DNA of 32,000 bases from Candidatus Helarchaeota ASGARD archaeon Hel_GB_B (GCA_005191425.1 SUPR01000010.1:1-32000); one strand, 5' to 3'; positions 10,146 through 20,074 are shown, counted from the stretch's first letter. Numbers and translations are program-made. The notes: generated by a model not told the origin, from the letters alone.

Positions 10146-11609
10146 ATGACTTCGAAAAAATTCAGTGATAAATTAAAAGATAAAACTATTACCTTAACTT
10201 TTAATGATGTTATTTTACTTCCGGGATGGACTCGAATAGAGCCAAACGAAGCAGATTTAACCACATATATTGGCCATATTCGTCTTAATTTACCTTTTAT
10301 ATCTTCGCCAATGGATACGGTTACAGAAAGCGATATGGCAATTTCATTGGCTCGAGAGGGTGGAATAGGTATAATACACAGAAACTGCTCAATTGACTAT
10401 CAAGTTGAAATGGTAAAAAAAGTAAAACGCGCTGAATCTTTTGTAATAACTGATGTAAAGACTATTTCAAAAGATATCAAAATTAAAGACGCAATCAAAA
10501 TTATGAAGACATATGGAATTAATGGACTTCCAGTTATTACTGAAGATAGAAAATTGATCGGTATTTTAACCGGTCGTGATGTGCGTTTTGCAAACCCTGA
10601 AATGAAAGTAGAAGATATTATGACAAAAGATATTATTTATGCAGAAGAAAGTATAAAGGAAGATGAAGCTAAAAAAATCCTACATAAATATAGAATTGAA
10701 AAACTTCCTGTTGTTAATAAAAATAAAGAATTGACAGGCTTAATTACATATAAAGATTTAATGTTAAAAGAAAATTTCCCTAATTCTTCAAGAGATGAAG
10801 ATGGAAAATTATTATGTGGAGCTGCAATATCGCCTACTGATATAGAACGAGCAAAAAAACTTGATGAGTGGGTTGATTTATTAGTTGTTGATGTAAGTCA
10901 TTTTTATAATAAAAATTTATTTGACGCAACTAAAAAGTTGTTAAAAACTATTAGCACACCCCTTGTTGTTGGAAGTATTGGGACATACGAATCAGCAATA
11001 GATTGCTTAACAAAATTGGATTCTATTGTAGGTCTGAGATGTGGAATTGGTAGTGGGTCGATATGTAGTACCGCTGTAGTCACAAGAGCTGGAAGCCCCA
11101 CATTATATGCTACAGCTGTTGCAGCTGATGCAGTAAAAGAAGTAGGGGCAAATGTCTCAGTAATTGCAGATGGCGGTGTAAAGAATCCAGGCGACATCGC
11201 ATTAGCCCTGGCTGTCGGCGCTAGTGCAGTAATGATGGGAAACATATTTGCTGGTACTAAAGAAAGCCCTGGAAGATTGATCAGTATTCAAGGAAGATAT
11301 TATAAAACATATTGGGGTATGGGGTCTGAAGCAGCAAGACAAAAAAGATATTCTCTTGATAGATATTCGCAACCTTCTAAAAATATCGCGGAAGGTGTTG
11401 AGGGCTATGTCCCTTTTAAAGGTAAAGTTAAGGATATTGTGGACGAATTGATAGGTGGTCTGAAAGCCTCAATGGGTTATGTAGGGGCTGCTACAATAAA
11501 AGAAATGTGGGAAAAAGCTAAACTCGCAGGAGTCTCATTTGTAGGGGCTAAAGAAATAATGCCACATGATATATTCCTTCCAGGTGGACCAGATCAAAAA
11601 ACAGAATAA
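10146..11609 (+). CDS. guaB: Inosine-5'-monophosphate dehydrogenase with CBS pair
   Basis: LTFNDVILLP, SSPMDTVTE, GGIGIIHRN, tandem CBS domains, catalytic GIGSGSIC, IADGG, GASAVMMG, GMGS, AEGVEG. Confidence 0.95.
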   Translation: MTSKKFSDKLKDKTITLTFNDVILLPGWTRIEPNEADLTTYIGHIRLNLPFISSPMDTVTESDMAISLAREGGIGIIHRNCSIDYQVEMVKKVKRAESFVITDVKTISKDIKIKDAIKIMKTYGINGLPVITEDRKLIGILTGRDVRFANPEMKVEDIMTKDIIYAEESIKEDEAKKILHKYRIEKLPVVNKNKELTGLITYKDLMLKENFPNSSRDEDGKLLCGAAISPTDIERAKKLDEWVDLLVVDVSHFYNKNLFDATKKLLKTISTPLVVGSIGTYESAIDCLTKLDSIVGLRCGIGSGSICSTAVVTRAGSPTLYATAVAADAVKEVGANVSVIADGGVKNPGDIALALAVGASAVMMGNIFAGTKESPGRLISIQGRYYKTYWGMGSEAARQKRYSLDRYSQPSKNIAEGVEGYVPFKGKVKDIVDELIGGLKASMGYVGAATIKEMWEKAKLAGVSFVGAKEIMPHDIFLPGGPDQKTE

Positions 11610-11652
11610 TTTTTTATAAATAATACCAATTATTAACATTTTGAACCGAAAA

Positions 11653-12213
11653 ATGAACAATAATTTAATTAGATATATTACATCCAGGATTAAAAATTCA
11701 AAATTTAAATGTAAAAATTGTGGTCTTTGTTGCAAAACCTCTGAAATAATGCTATCTGCAAGAGAAATCGGTGGTATTTCTTATGCATTAAATATTGAAA
11801 AAGAGGAATTCATTAAAAAATTCCTTGAATTAAAAAAAATTCATAAAACTAAAATAATAGAAAATCGTATTTATGAAATATCTGGAGAATGTTATGTTAT
11901 AAAAAAGAATAATAACGGAGATTGCCCTTTTTATATTGAAAAAGATAATAAGTCTTATTGTAATATTTATGAATATAGACCAATTGTTTGTAGATTGTTT
12001 CCATTCACTTGGGAATATTTTCCTGATACCAATTCTATTAACATTGATTATTCTGAAAACGGATGGAATAATTGTCAAGGAATTGAAAAAAATAAACAAT
12101 CGAATTGGGATGATATTAGAGATATTGTAACGGGAAATGTTATACTTTCAATGATTCAGTCCAATGAATTACAGATGAATGGAAAATTAACTCAAAAATT
12201 AAAAATTAATTAA
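11653..12213 (+). CDS. YkgJ/UPF0153 family cysteine-cluster protein
   Basis: FKCKNCGLCC, CPF, CNIYEYRPIVCRLFPF and a distal C(QG) cysteine. Confidence 0.8.
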   Translation: MNNNLIRYITSRIKNSKFKCKNCGLCCKTSEIMLSAREIGGISYALNIEKEEFIKKFLELKKIHKTKIIENRIYEISGECYVIKKNNNGDCPFYIEKDNKSYCNIYEYRPIVCRLFPFTWEYFPDTNSINIDYSENGWNNCQGIEKNKQSNWDDIRDIVTGNVILSMIQSNELQMNGKLTQKLKIN

Positions 12214-12737
12214 ACAATTTATTAAAAAATAAAATTAGAAAATCAAATCTTTTTTATATTTTTTTTAGAATATTTTAAATCCAGAATAAATATTTTTTGT
12301 GATTTTTTAGAAATTGAATTTAAAGTAAAAAACGGAAAAATTGTATATTTTAACTTTCTTTATTGAAAAATGGTTAAAAATTAAATAATAAAACTTTTTG
12401 AATAATTAGAAAAAACAGAACTAAATTTTGACTTCTTTTTTCACCATAATTTTCTTGTATATTATTGAGGGTACATTTGTTCTCTCTTAAATTCTATAAC
12501 AACCTATAAAAATATTTAGATAGAGCGCGATTTTTTTTGTTAACGAACTATTTTTTGGACTTTAGATTTACTTGACTTTGGTCTCTAAAAACGATCTTAA
12601 TTTTCTCATATAACATTGTCAACTTAAATGAGATAATAAGATATAAATAAGATTAGAGAGATAGAAATGAAAAATCAATTTTTTTAGGGGGCCATTTTTT
12701 TGTAATAAATTGATAAGGATAATAAAATTAAAAAAAA

Positions 12738-14507
12738 ATGACAAAAAATAATGAAAATATAAAAAGGGAAAAGAAAAAAAGACCTGGGCTATTTGATTTT
12801 GGTAAGCGACCGCGAAAATATATTTGGGCACTATCAATATTTGCATCAATGATAAATTTTTTCGATGGGTGGGCGACAAGCGTGATTTTATTGGCATTAC
12901 CTATAGACCAGAAATATGAAGCTGCGGAAGAGCAAACTATTTATGATTGGTTTGGATTTTCGCCTGAAAGTTTTCAAGTGGCTTTAATATTTGTAATTGG
13001 TGGACTTGGGATAGTTTCAAGTATAATTTTTAAATATTTAGCTGATAGATATGGACGTAGACCTTTATATCTAATTACTGCAACCGGTTTTATCTTTTTT
13101 ACAGTTATTACACCTTTCATTCCTGCTGGTTATGACTACTTTCCATTATTTTTACTTGTTAGATTTTTCGCAGAATTATTCTTAGCTGCTGATCTTGTTG
13201 TTGTAATTATGACCGAAGAAGCACCAGATCAAGAAAGAGGTAGACTTGTTGGAATTACAATTTCTATGAACTTTATAGGATTAGCTATGGTAGCTATCGC
13301 CCATCAGATGGGTAATATTTTTCCGATGTTATTTAAAAATAGCTGGCAATCTTTATTTTTTCTACCAGTAGTTGGATTTTTCTTTATAATTCCAATATAT
13401 TTTAAAATGAAGGAAACAAATCGATTTCTTAAAATGAAGAAATATTTGCAATGGAAGAGGAGAAAAGGGTTAAAACTTAAAAAAACAAGCTGGTTTACCC
13501 CACTAAAAAAAGAGTATTCAAGGGTATTTATGTTATGTGTGATTCCGGGTATTTGTATAACTATGTTAATGATGGTTGTATTACAATGGATGCCTTTATT
13601 CTTGGTGAATGAGCTTTTAATAGAAAACTGGGAAGTTATGATCATTCCTTTTTCTATTGTCGCATTTTTCTCGTTTTTCATTGTAACATATTTAATGGAC
13701 AAATGGGACCGCAGACAGCTGGCGATAAGAGGCTCATTAATAATGTTTATAGGCGATCTATTAGTAGCAACACCTGCACCATTCTGCCATCCTCCTCAAG
13801 GGTTGACTTTTGAAGAATATTATCTTATAAATCCAGAACTTTGCAATTTAATTTTGACACTGAGGCCATACTTAATACCACTAATAATTGCAGGTTTCTC
13901 CATTGGTGCAATTGGTGGGCCTTTAACATTAAGTGGAATTACATTGATGCCAATGGAAATGATACCTACACATATTCTTAGCACTGCACAAGGATAGTGG
14001 AATTCTTTTATTAAGTTAGCTACTATTTTATCGCCAATATTAACATTTTATGGTGCAGTTCAAATTGGTAGGACTAGTCCAGGGTCATATGGTGGTCTGA
14101 CTTTTGCTTGGTCTTATTTTGGTATCGGTATTTTTTTAGTAGCTGCAACTTTTTCAATCATTTATTTAGCTCCAGAAAGTGGAACAGCTCGTGGAAAAAT
14201 TATTGAAGAAATAATTTATGCTACAAGTCAAAAAAAATCCTTAAAAAGAGAGAGAAGCCGAAAATATGAATATTTTACTGTTATAATGAGTTTCATCATA
14301 TTTTTCTCATTAACATTTTTATATGGTCTATTTCTTGTGCCTAATTATTTCGGTTTTGATCCATTTTATCCATAACTTCAAGTCTTGGGGATATATGGGG
14401 GTATTGCAATTGCATTAATGATCCTCGTTATCTGGTCAAGAGAAAAATGGATTGGTGTTAAAGATTTTAAGAAAGATGGTGATGAAAACAAATCGACCAA
14501 AAAATGA
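12738..14507 (+). pseudogene. MFS transporter interrupted by two in-frame stops (TAG 13995-13997, TAA 14373-14375)
   Basis: MFS motif A (LADRYGRRP) and EEAPDQERG. The same frame continues past the ORF-track end (STAQG*WNSFIKLATILSP...LAPESG...FYP*LQVLGIYGGIAIALMILVIW) to TGA at 14505-14507. Confidence 0.75.
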
Positions 14508-14953
14508 AGGTAAAGCTCGTCTCAATAAATATACAGGAATTCATTTCAAAATTAACCCATTTTTTAATTTTATCGAGTCATAAGATCTACGAAATCAATT
14601 AAAATTAAAAGGAATAACTGATATCGAATCTATATCATCGAATATATTATTTATATTAGCTAATTTATTTTGAATAACTAAAATACTAAAAAATATATTA
14701 TATTAAATTATTTAATAGAAAATCTTTTCAATTTTATATCAAATATTCATTTTTTTTAATTAAAAACTAAAATTCTATCATAAAAATAAAAATTTTATAA
14801 CATTATTTATTTTTTAACTTCCTATTTGATTTTAAGTCCCTTAAAATTTGATAAAAAACTCATTTACAAGAAATTTATATATTTTTAATTATTTTAAAAA
14901 TTATAATAGATTTTAATAAGATTATAAATTTAATATGGCGTTCTGTAGCAGTG

Positions 14954-14999
14954 GCTATAGCTGTATAAGTTTATTTGAACTTATATCGCATAGCTGTAA
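14954..14999 (+). other. tRNA-Sec intron 1 (46 nt, 5' strand of D-stem, about 15/16)
   Basis: BHB: outer TA/TG (2 bp), central helix GCAG/CTGT, bulges TG^G and AA^G, inner helix CTAT/ATAG continued by hairpin TATAAGTT/AACTTATA. Cleavage at these sites restores the D-arm exactly. Confidence 0.85.
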
Positions 15000-15023
15000 G
15001 TGGTCCACGGCACCGGACTTCAA

Positions 15024-15047
15024 TATTATAAAAATTATAATGGAGAT
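15024..15047 (+). other. tRNA-Sec intron 2 (24 nt, canonical 37/38)
   Basis: BHB: outer ACCGGA/TCCGGT, central CTTC/GGAG, bulges AA^T and AT^A, inner ATTATA/TATAAT. Confidence 0.93.
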
Positions 15048-15081
15048 ATCCGGTATACTCGATAAGAGTATGGAGTTCGAT

Positions 15082-15108
15082 ATGAAAATTGGTTAATTTT
15101 CACGAAAT
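15082..15108 (+). other. tRNA-Sec intron 3 (27 nt, T-loop 59/60)
   Basis: BHB: outer GGAG/CTCC, central TTCG/CGAA, bulges AT^A and AT^T, inner TGAAAATT/AATTTTCA with GGTT loop. Restores the T-loop TTCGATT. Confidence 0.93.
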
Positions 15109-15191
15109 TCTCCCAGAACGCCGCCAACTTTATTTTATTATTTAAAATTATTTTATTATTTATGAAATTATTATCAATTCTTTTTTCAATA

Positions 15192-15714
15192 TTAAAAAAA
15201 AATTCTTTTGAATTTAAATTCAGATAAAAATTTGTTTCTAATTTTAATTTTTTCATAATTAGCATGTATCCTATCAAATTTAATTTCTAACTTATAAGGA
15301 TATTCAAATTTTTCTAGAACGATAGGTATAATTTTAAAATTTTCGTTCGTATTTTTTTTAATCTAAAGCACTTTTTAATTCTTTTTCAATACTACGATTT
15401 TCTTCTACGGTAAACCCTGATAAAAATACTATAAAAATTGAACAAGTATCTTATATTTCCGAGATCATTTTATTCCATATATCTCCTATGCTAATTCCTT
15501 CGTCAAACCGTATTCTAACTCCTTTATCATTTAAAGTTTTTATAACACGACAAACTAAATCAACACCTTTATGGGAATTACTTACAAAAATAAACGATTC
15601 GCAACCATCAAATGACGTGAAAAGTGGATGCGTTTTTTTAATATCCAACCATTTTTTTTGGTAATCATTTTTTTTTCTATCAACTCCAAAAGTAATACCG
15701 ACAGCCCTTTCCAT
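15192..15714 (-). pseudogene. Degenerate TIR-domain gene
   Basis: FIFVSNSHK...VIKTLNDKGVRIRFDEGISIGDIW (TIR betaA/BB-loop pattern), then TAA at 15451, then in-frame DTCSIFIVFLS...IEKELKSALD*, then a frameshift in an A8 run, then FKIIPIVLEK. Confidence 0.65.
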
Positions 15715-15841
15715 ATTGATTCCTCCCTTAATAATTATTTAAATTGAAATTAACATAATAATTTATTTAAAAAAATTATATATAGTGTTATTATTTAAAA
15801 TAATTAATAAAAAGACTCAAAAATTCAAATATTTTTTAGAA

Positions 15842-16228
15842 ATGAATCGCTCACAAGATTGGATAGAAGAAGCAAGAAGAGAATTAGAAGCTGCTAAAGA
15901 TTTATATAATACAAATCATAATGCTTGGGCCTGTTTTACTTGTCATCAAGTAGTAGAGAAATCTTTAAAGGGAATTTTAGAGATTTTTAAAAATTCGATT
16001 TTTGGGCATAATTTAGTTAATTTAATAAAAAATGTAAAAAAATTTGTGAATGTTCCTAAAAAAATAGAAGATGCGTGTTTTATCTTAAATAGATATTATA
16101 TTCCAACAAGATATCCAGATGCATATCCATCAGGTGTTCCGGCTGAAATGTATAATGATAGTGATGCATCTCAAGCACTAAAATTAGCTGAGGAGGTTTA
16201 TAACTTTGCTCGAAGATTTGCAAAATAG
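15842..16228 (+). CDS. HEPN domain protein (HEPN-MNT module)
   Basis: DWIEEARRELEAA, WACFTCHQVVEKSLKG, GHNL, LNRYYIPTRYPD. ATG at 15842 is preferred over the ORF-track start at 15785. Confidence 0.88.
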   Translation: MNRSQDWIEEARRELEAAKDLYNTNHNAWACFTCHQVVEKSLKGILEIFKNSIFGHNLVNLIKNVKKFVNVPKKIEDACFILNRYYIPTRYPDAYPSGVPAEMYNDSDASQALKLAEEVYNFARRFAK

Positions 16229-16637
16229 AAAGAACTATTCAAGTTTAAAAAATTACGTGGAAAGTGTTTTAAAAAATAAAAAAAATGTTATTTCAATAAT
16301 TTTATTCGGATCACAAGCAAAAGGAACGTATTCATATAATTCTGACTTTGATTTATTCATAATAATTGAGAATGAGCCAACAAGATTTATAGATAGATTA
16401 TTAGAATTTGGAAGATACTCAGATGGACTGGTAGAGCCTTTAATTTACACGAGAGATGAAGTTGAATATATGGCTAACACATATCATACGATGGTACTTG
16501 AAGTTTGCGCAGATGGAATTATATTATACGATAAAAATCAATTTTGGGTCAATAAATGTAAAAAAATAAAGAGTTTAATTGATAAAAAGATAATTAAGAG
16601 AATTAAAAATGGCTGGGACTTGCGATTATTAGACTAA
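16206..16637 (+). CDS. Minimal nucleotidyltransferase (MNT) antitoxin-like protein
   Basis: ILFGSQAKG...SDFDLFII signature; overlaps the 3' end of the HEPN gene. Confidence 0.88.
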   Translation: MLEDLQNRKNYSSLKNYVESVLKNKKNVISIILFGSQAKGTYSYNSDFDLFIIIENEPTRFIDRLLEFGRYSDGLVEPLIYTRDEVEYMANTYHTMVLEVCADGIILYDKNQFWVNKCKKIKSLIDKKIIKRIKNGWDLRLLD

Positions 16638-16992
16638 ATAAAATAAATATTCATCAATATAAATTAACAAAGCTAGAAACTAATAAAAAAATGAATTTTC
16701 AGTAGAAATCTTTTTTCCTTCGTTGATATATCCCTATTAGGTGTATTTGACTAAATGAGGAATTGGAGTGCGGAATAAATGAGTTAATAGAGAGTAGAGC
16801 AGAGGAATTGGGCATATCGAAGGAAATAATAATTATATTAGAAAAAGTAGTGTTTATAAAGGATTTAAAAAAGGAATTAGAGGAAAAGGAGAAGAAAATC
16901 AGAAACTATATATCTAAAAATCTAACCCAGCCAATATCAGTGGATTTTGAAAAAAGGTAGGAAAAAAAATAACTAGTTTTATTATTCTATTA

Positions 16993-17814
16993 TTATTTTT
17001 CTTTTTTTATGGATAAAATAAACATATATATTGAAATACTTAATAATGGTATATGTAAAATTGTTATCCACCAATAATTAAGTGGGCTAATAAATACATT
17101 CATTATATTAATTAAACCGAAGATAATTCCTATGAAACTGTTAACGCGTATTGTAGGTCTATTAATTTTTGGATAAAATAACGAAATAACAGCTAAATAA
17201 ATTGGTGTTATCATGCAAAAAGCTAGTGTAGAATCTGAATATAATAAATACGATAAATTGAAATCAGGCATCCCTGTAAATCTATCTACGGGAAACCAGA
17301 ATGCCAAAAAAGCTAAAGGAATTACCCAATATCTCCATAATGGTATCTTTTCTAAAGTATAATCCATTTTGCAGCTTTTAATTTCATGGACCCAAAAGAT
17401 GCCGATTATTACCATCAAAATTAAATTTTGAGTCAAAAAAACAAGTCCATAAGTAATAGTCATTACTATATTTTGCAAAAATGCTACTAAAAAATAATTA
17501 ATGGCGACCCAGATACTGAAAAATCTTCTAAATTTATTCTTAAAAATAAAAATTCCAATGACCATCACTATAATCATAATATGTAAAATTGGTTGAATTA
17601 TTACATATGGAACCAGACCAAACATAAGAGCTTCCTTGACTATCTGATTTATTTGCGTATAGTCAAAATTCTTAGAAACAATTATTGGAATAAACATCCA
17701 AATTAATATTAATATTAAATAAAAACACCACTTTTGTGTTAATGATTCGAATAAAGATTTGTTTAATTTATTTGTTTGATCCATAAATAAATCACTTGTA
17801 TTGTATTTTATCAA
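16993..17814 (-). CDS. Uncharacterised polytopic membrane protein
   Basis: 273 aa with about 8 hydrophobic segments and motif-like stretches (PLAFLAFWFP, AFCMITPIYL, LHIPLL). Confidence 0.7.
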   Translation of the reverse strand: MIKYNTSDLFMDQTNKLNKSLFESLTQKWCFYLILILIWMFIPIIVSKNFDYTQINQIVKEALMFGLVPYVIIQPILHIMIIVMVIGIFIFKNKFRRFFSIWVAINYFLVAFLQNIVMTITYGLVFLTQNLILMVIIGIFWVHEIKSCKMDYTLEKIPLWRYWVIPLAFLAFWFPVDRFTGMPDFNLSYLLYSDSTLAFCMITPIYLAVISLFYPKINRPTIRVNSFIGIIFGLINIMNVFISPLNYWWITILHIPLLSISIYMFILSIKKEK

Positions 17815-18151
17815 GATAATAATAATTTATATTAAGTAAAAATTATTGCATTTTATTAATAAGGATCTATATTATCTGAAGTTTATTAAATAATTTTCAA
17901 CTAAAATTTATGAATTTCATTCAATTAAGGATGTATTTTATTATTGACAATAATACTAAATTATTGCTTATTTTTTTAGTTTGCGGGTTGATTGTATTAA
18001 TATCAGGAATAATCTATGCCTTAATATTTAATATTTAAATGTCAAAATTAAAGTGGGAAAAATAAAATTTAATTTAATATGTCTATAGATAGATAATTTT
18101 GTTTTAAAAGTATTTAAAAATGAGATATAGAATTTAATTTAACTTAAAATC

Positions 18152-19099
18152 TTAGAATATTTTAATTTTTATTGCATTTTTATCGCAAGCAGTGTAACAC
18201 TTTAAACACATTATACAATTTGATGAATCAATTCTTTGAAATGGTGTGTCCAAGATTCTGATACCCATTGGACATGCATCTTGACATATTTTACATTTTT
18301 TTCCTACACATTTGCCGGGGTCTCTCCCCAAATAAATAAGCCTGAATTTATTAAATAGACCCGTTAGTGCCCCAGTAGGACAAAAATACCTACACCAGAA
18401 TCGTGAAATATATGCACTAATAAGGAGGATTACAAGTAAAAATATTACTCTAAAAAAGAACCACGGATAAGCTAAAAATATATTCCAGACAGATCCGCCA
18501 ATACTTGTAAAAGGGGCTTCAATAATAGCAGTTGGAATTAACGAAAACAATGTATTACTTGGTGATATAGGGGCTGAAAAAATATCTACAAAAATTGAAA
18601 ATTGCGATAAATCTCGATTTGTTTCAGTTATTACCCCAGTCATTACTAAATAACCAGCCCAAACGGCTACAAATAGAGAGATAAATAAAAAAATATACTT
18701 TACTTTGTTAAAAGTTTGGTTAGTTTCTTTTGACGGTACCGTTTTATGAACAGGTAGCCAATTCATTATATCCTGGATAAGCCCAAATGGACAAACCCAC
18801 CCGCAATATCCTCTACCGAAAATGACGCCAAATATACATAAAAGCCCAATTGATAAAAACGGGAAAATTGCGTGAGAAAATTCCCATTGGATTAATTCAA
18901 AAATATTAAATGCATTCGTGTAAGGTGCTCCTATGGGCTGATTAACTGGAACAGGGATACCAATTGAAGCAGATTTAAGAGCATCAAAACCTAAGAAGAA
19001 TCCAAAAATAATTGTAATATTTCCAAACAAAATTAAAAAGAATATCTGGCTAATTAACCTTGCGCCTCGAATTATATAATTACGGTGCTTTAAGTTCAA
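18152..19099 (-). CDS. Membrane-bound 4Fe-4S binding protein (NapH/MauN-like)
   Basis: GRGYCGWVCPFG, RFWCRYFCPTG, CVGKKCKICQDACP and CIMCLKCYTAC, plus several transmembrane helices. Confidence 0.85.
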   Translation of the reverse strand: MNLKHRNYIIRGARLISQIFFLILFGNITIIFGFFLGFDALKSASIGIPVPVNQPIGAPYTNAFNIFELIQWEFSHAIFPFLSIGLLCIFGVIFGRGYCGWVCPFGLIQDIMNWLPVHKTVPSKETNQTFNKVKYIFLFISLFVAVWAGYLVMTGVITETNRDLSQFSIFVDIFSAPISPSNTLFSLIPTAIIEAPFTSIGGSVWNIFLAYPWFFFRVIFLLVILLISAYISRFWCRYFCPTGALTGLFNKFRLIYLGRDPGKCVGKKCKICQDACPMGIRILDTPFQRIDSSNCIMCLKCYTACDKNAIKIKIF

Positions 19100-19242
19100 A
19101 AATAAACCCCCAGAAGACTTAATCCAGCATTTGAAGAGATATTAGCAATTGGAGCAGTGTAAAACTGAGCAAGCGTTAGTCCAATCGCTGTTAAAGATAA
19201 CCCAATCAATAATATTATTAGTAAAATAACTTTAATCCGCAT
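19096..19242 (-). CDS. Small (48 aa) membrane protein coupled to the 4Fe-4S protein
   Basis: Not in the ORF track. MRIKVILLIILLIGLSLTAIGLTLAQFYTAPIANISSNAGLSLLGVYF*. Its TGA overlaps the TTG start of the downstream gene (TTGA). Confidence 0.5.
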   Translation of the reverse strand: MRIKVILLIILLIGLSLTAIGLTLAQFYTAPIANISSNAGLSLLGVYF

Positions 19243-20074
19243 TTTCGGTCAATTTATTTGTAATTAAATCTATTTTATTATGATTTTGATACAATTAAAT
19301 TAATTTTAAGTTTTATGGATTGTTTATTAAATTTCAAAAATTTAAATGCTATTGATTTATTTTAATAAATTCTAATTTGATAGTATCAAAACTAAATATA
19401 TTATAAAACCATTATAATCAAATCATTTTTTAAAATTTATTACTTTGTCAAATCTAAAACCTTTTTTAAATCAAATAATGAATAGTTTTAATAATTAATT
19501 TTATCAATTTTTGTTAAATCAATTTTAGAATATTCCAAATTCAAAATTAAAAACATTATATTCATAAAATCTTCTTCTTTTTACAAAAATAATGTCTAAG
19601 GACGTAAAAATCGTTATTTAGATAAATTTGATAATAATTTTTTAGATTATGATAGTAAAGAAAATCAAATTAAAAGAATATTTCTATTAAATGAATACCA
19701 ACCCATTTCAATTACCAAGAAGTACTCAAAAATAGACAGGTTATTATAAAATTTTCACTCTTTTAATTTTGATTATCATAAGTTGGTTATAAAAAAAAAT
19801 ATATTTAATTCTAAAAATCTCAAATATATAAGATCCACGTGGATAAATAAATTATTAATAATCTAAATACATCTAATATTATAACAATTTAAATGGTAAC
19901 GATTTTCTAATAGGAAAAATCCAATAACATCAAATAAATATAATAAACATATCATTTTCTCTAAAAAATTGAAGAAAACATTTTTTAGAAATAGGAACAT
20001 TTTTATTTTCTAATAACTAAAAGTGGTCATTATTTGATTGAATAGAAAAAATAGATTTAAAAAAGGTTTAGGCA

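Larger units (their letters stand above)
14937..15126 (+). tRNA. selC: tRNA-Sec (anticodon UCA) with three BHB introns, CCA encoded
   Basis: Spliced product (93 nt): GGCGTTCTG TA GCAGTG^G TGGT CCACGGC ACCGGA CTTCAA^A TCCGGT ATACTC GATAA GAGTAT GGAG TTCGAT^T CTCC CAGAACGCC GCCA. Features: fully Watson-Crick 9-bp acceptor stem, 7-pair D-stem (one A.G mismatch) with UGGU loop, 6-bp anticodon stem, 6-bp variable arm, 4-bp T-stem, G73 discriminator. This is the archaeal 9/4 tRNA-Sec fold. Confidence 0.95.

Noticed and set aside
15035-15277. ORF-track 80-aa minus-strand ORF
   Set aside because: It lies antisense to the tRNA-Sec and off-frame over the TIR remnant; a shadow ORF.
16763-16960. 65-aa plus-strand ORF
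   Set aside because: Weak start and no motif; at most a fragment.
17910-18038. 42-aa plus-strand ORF with one hydrophobic helix
   Set aside because: Hydrophobic short ORFs arise readily in AT-rich DNA; no supporting context.
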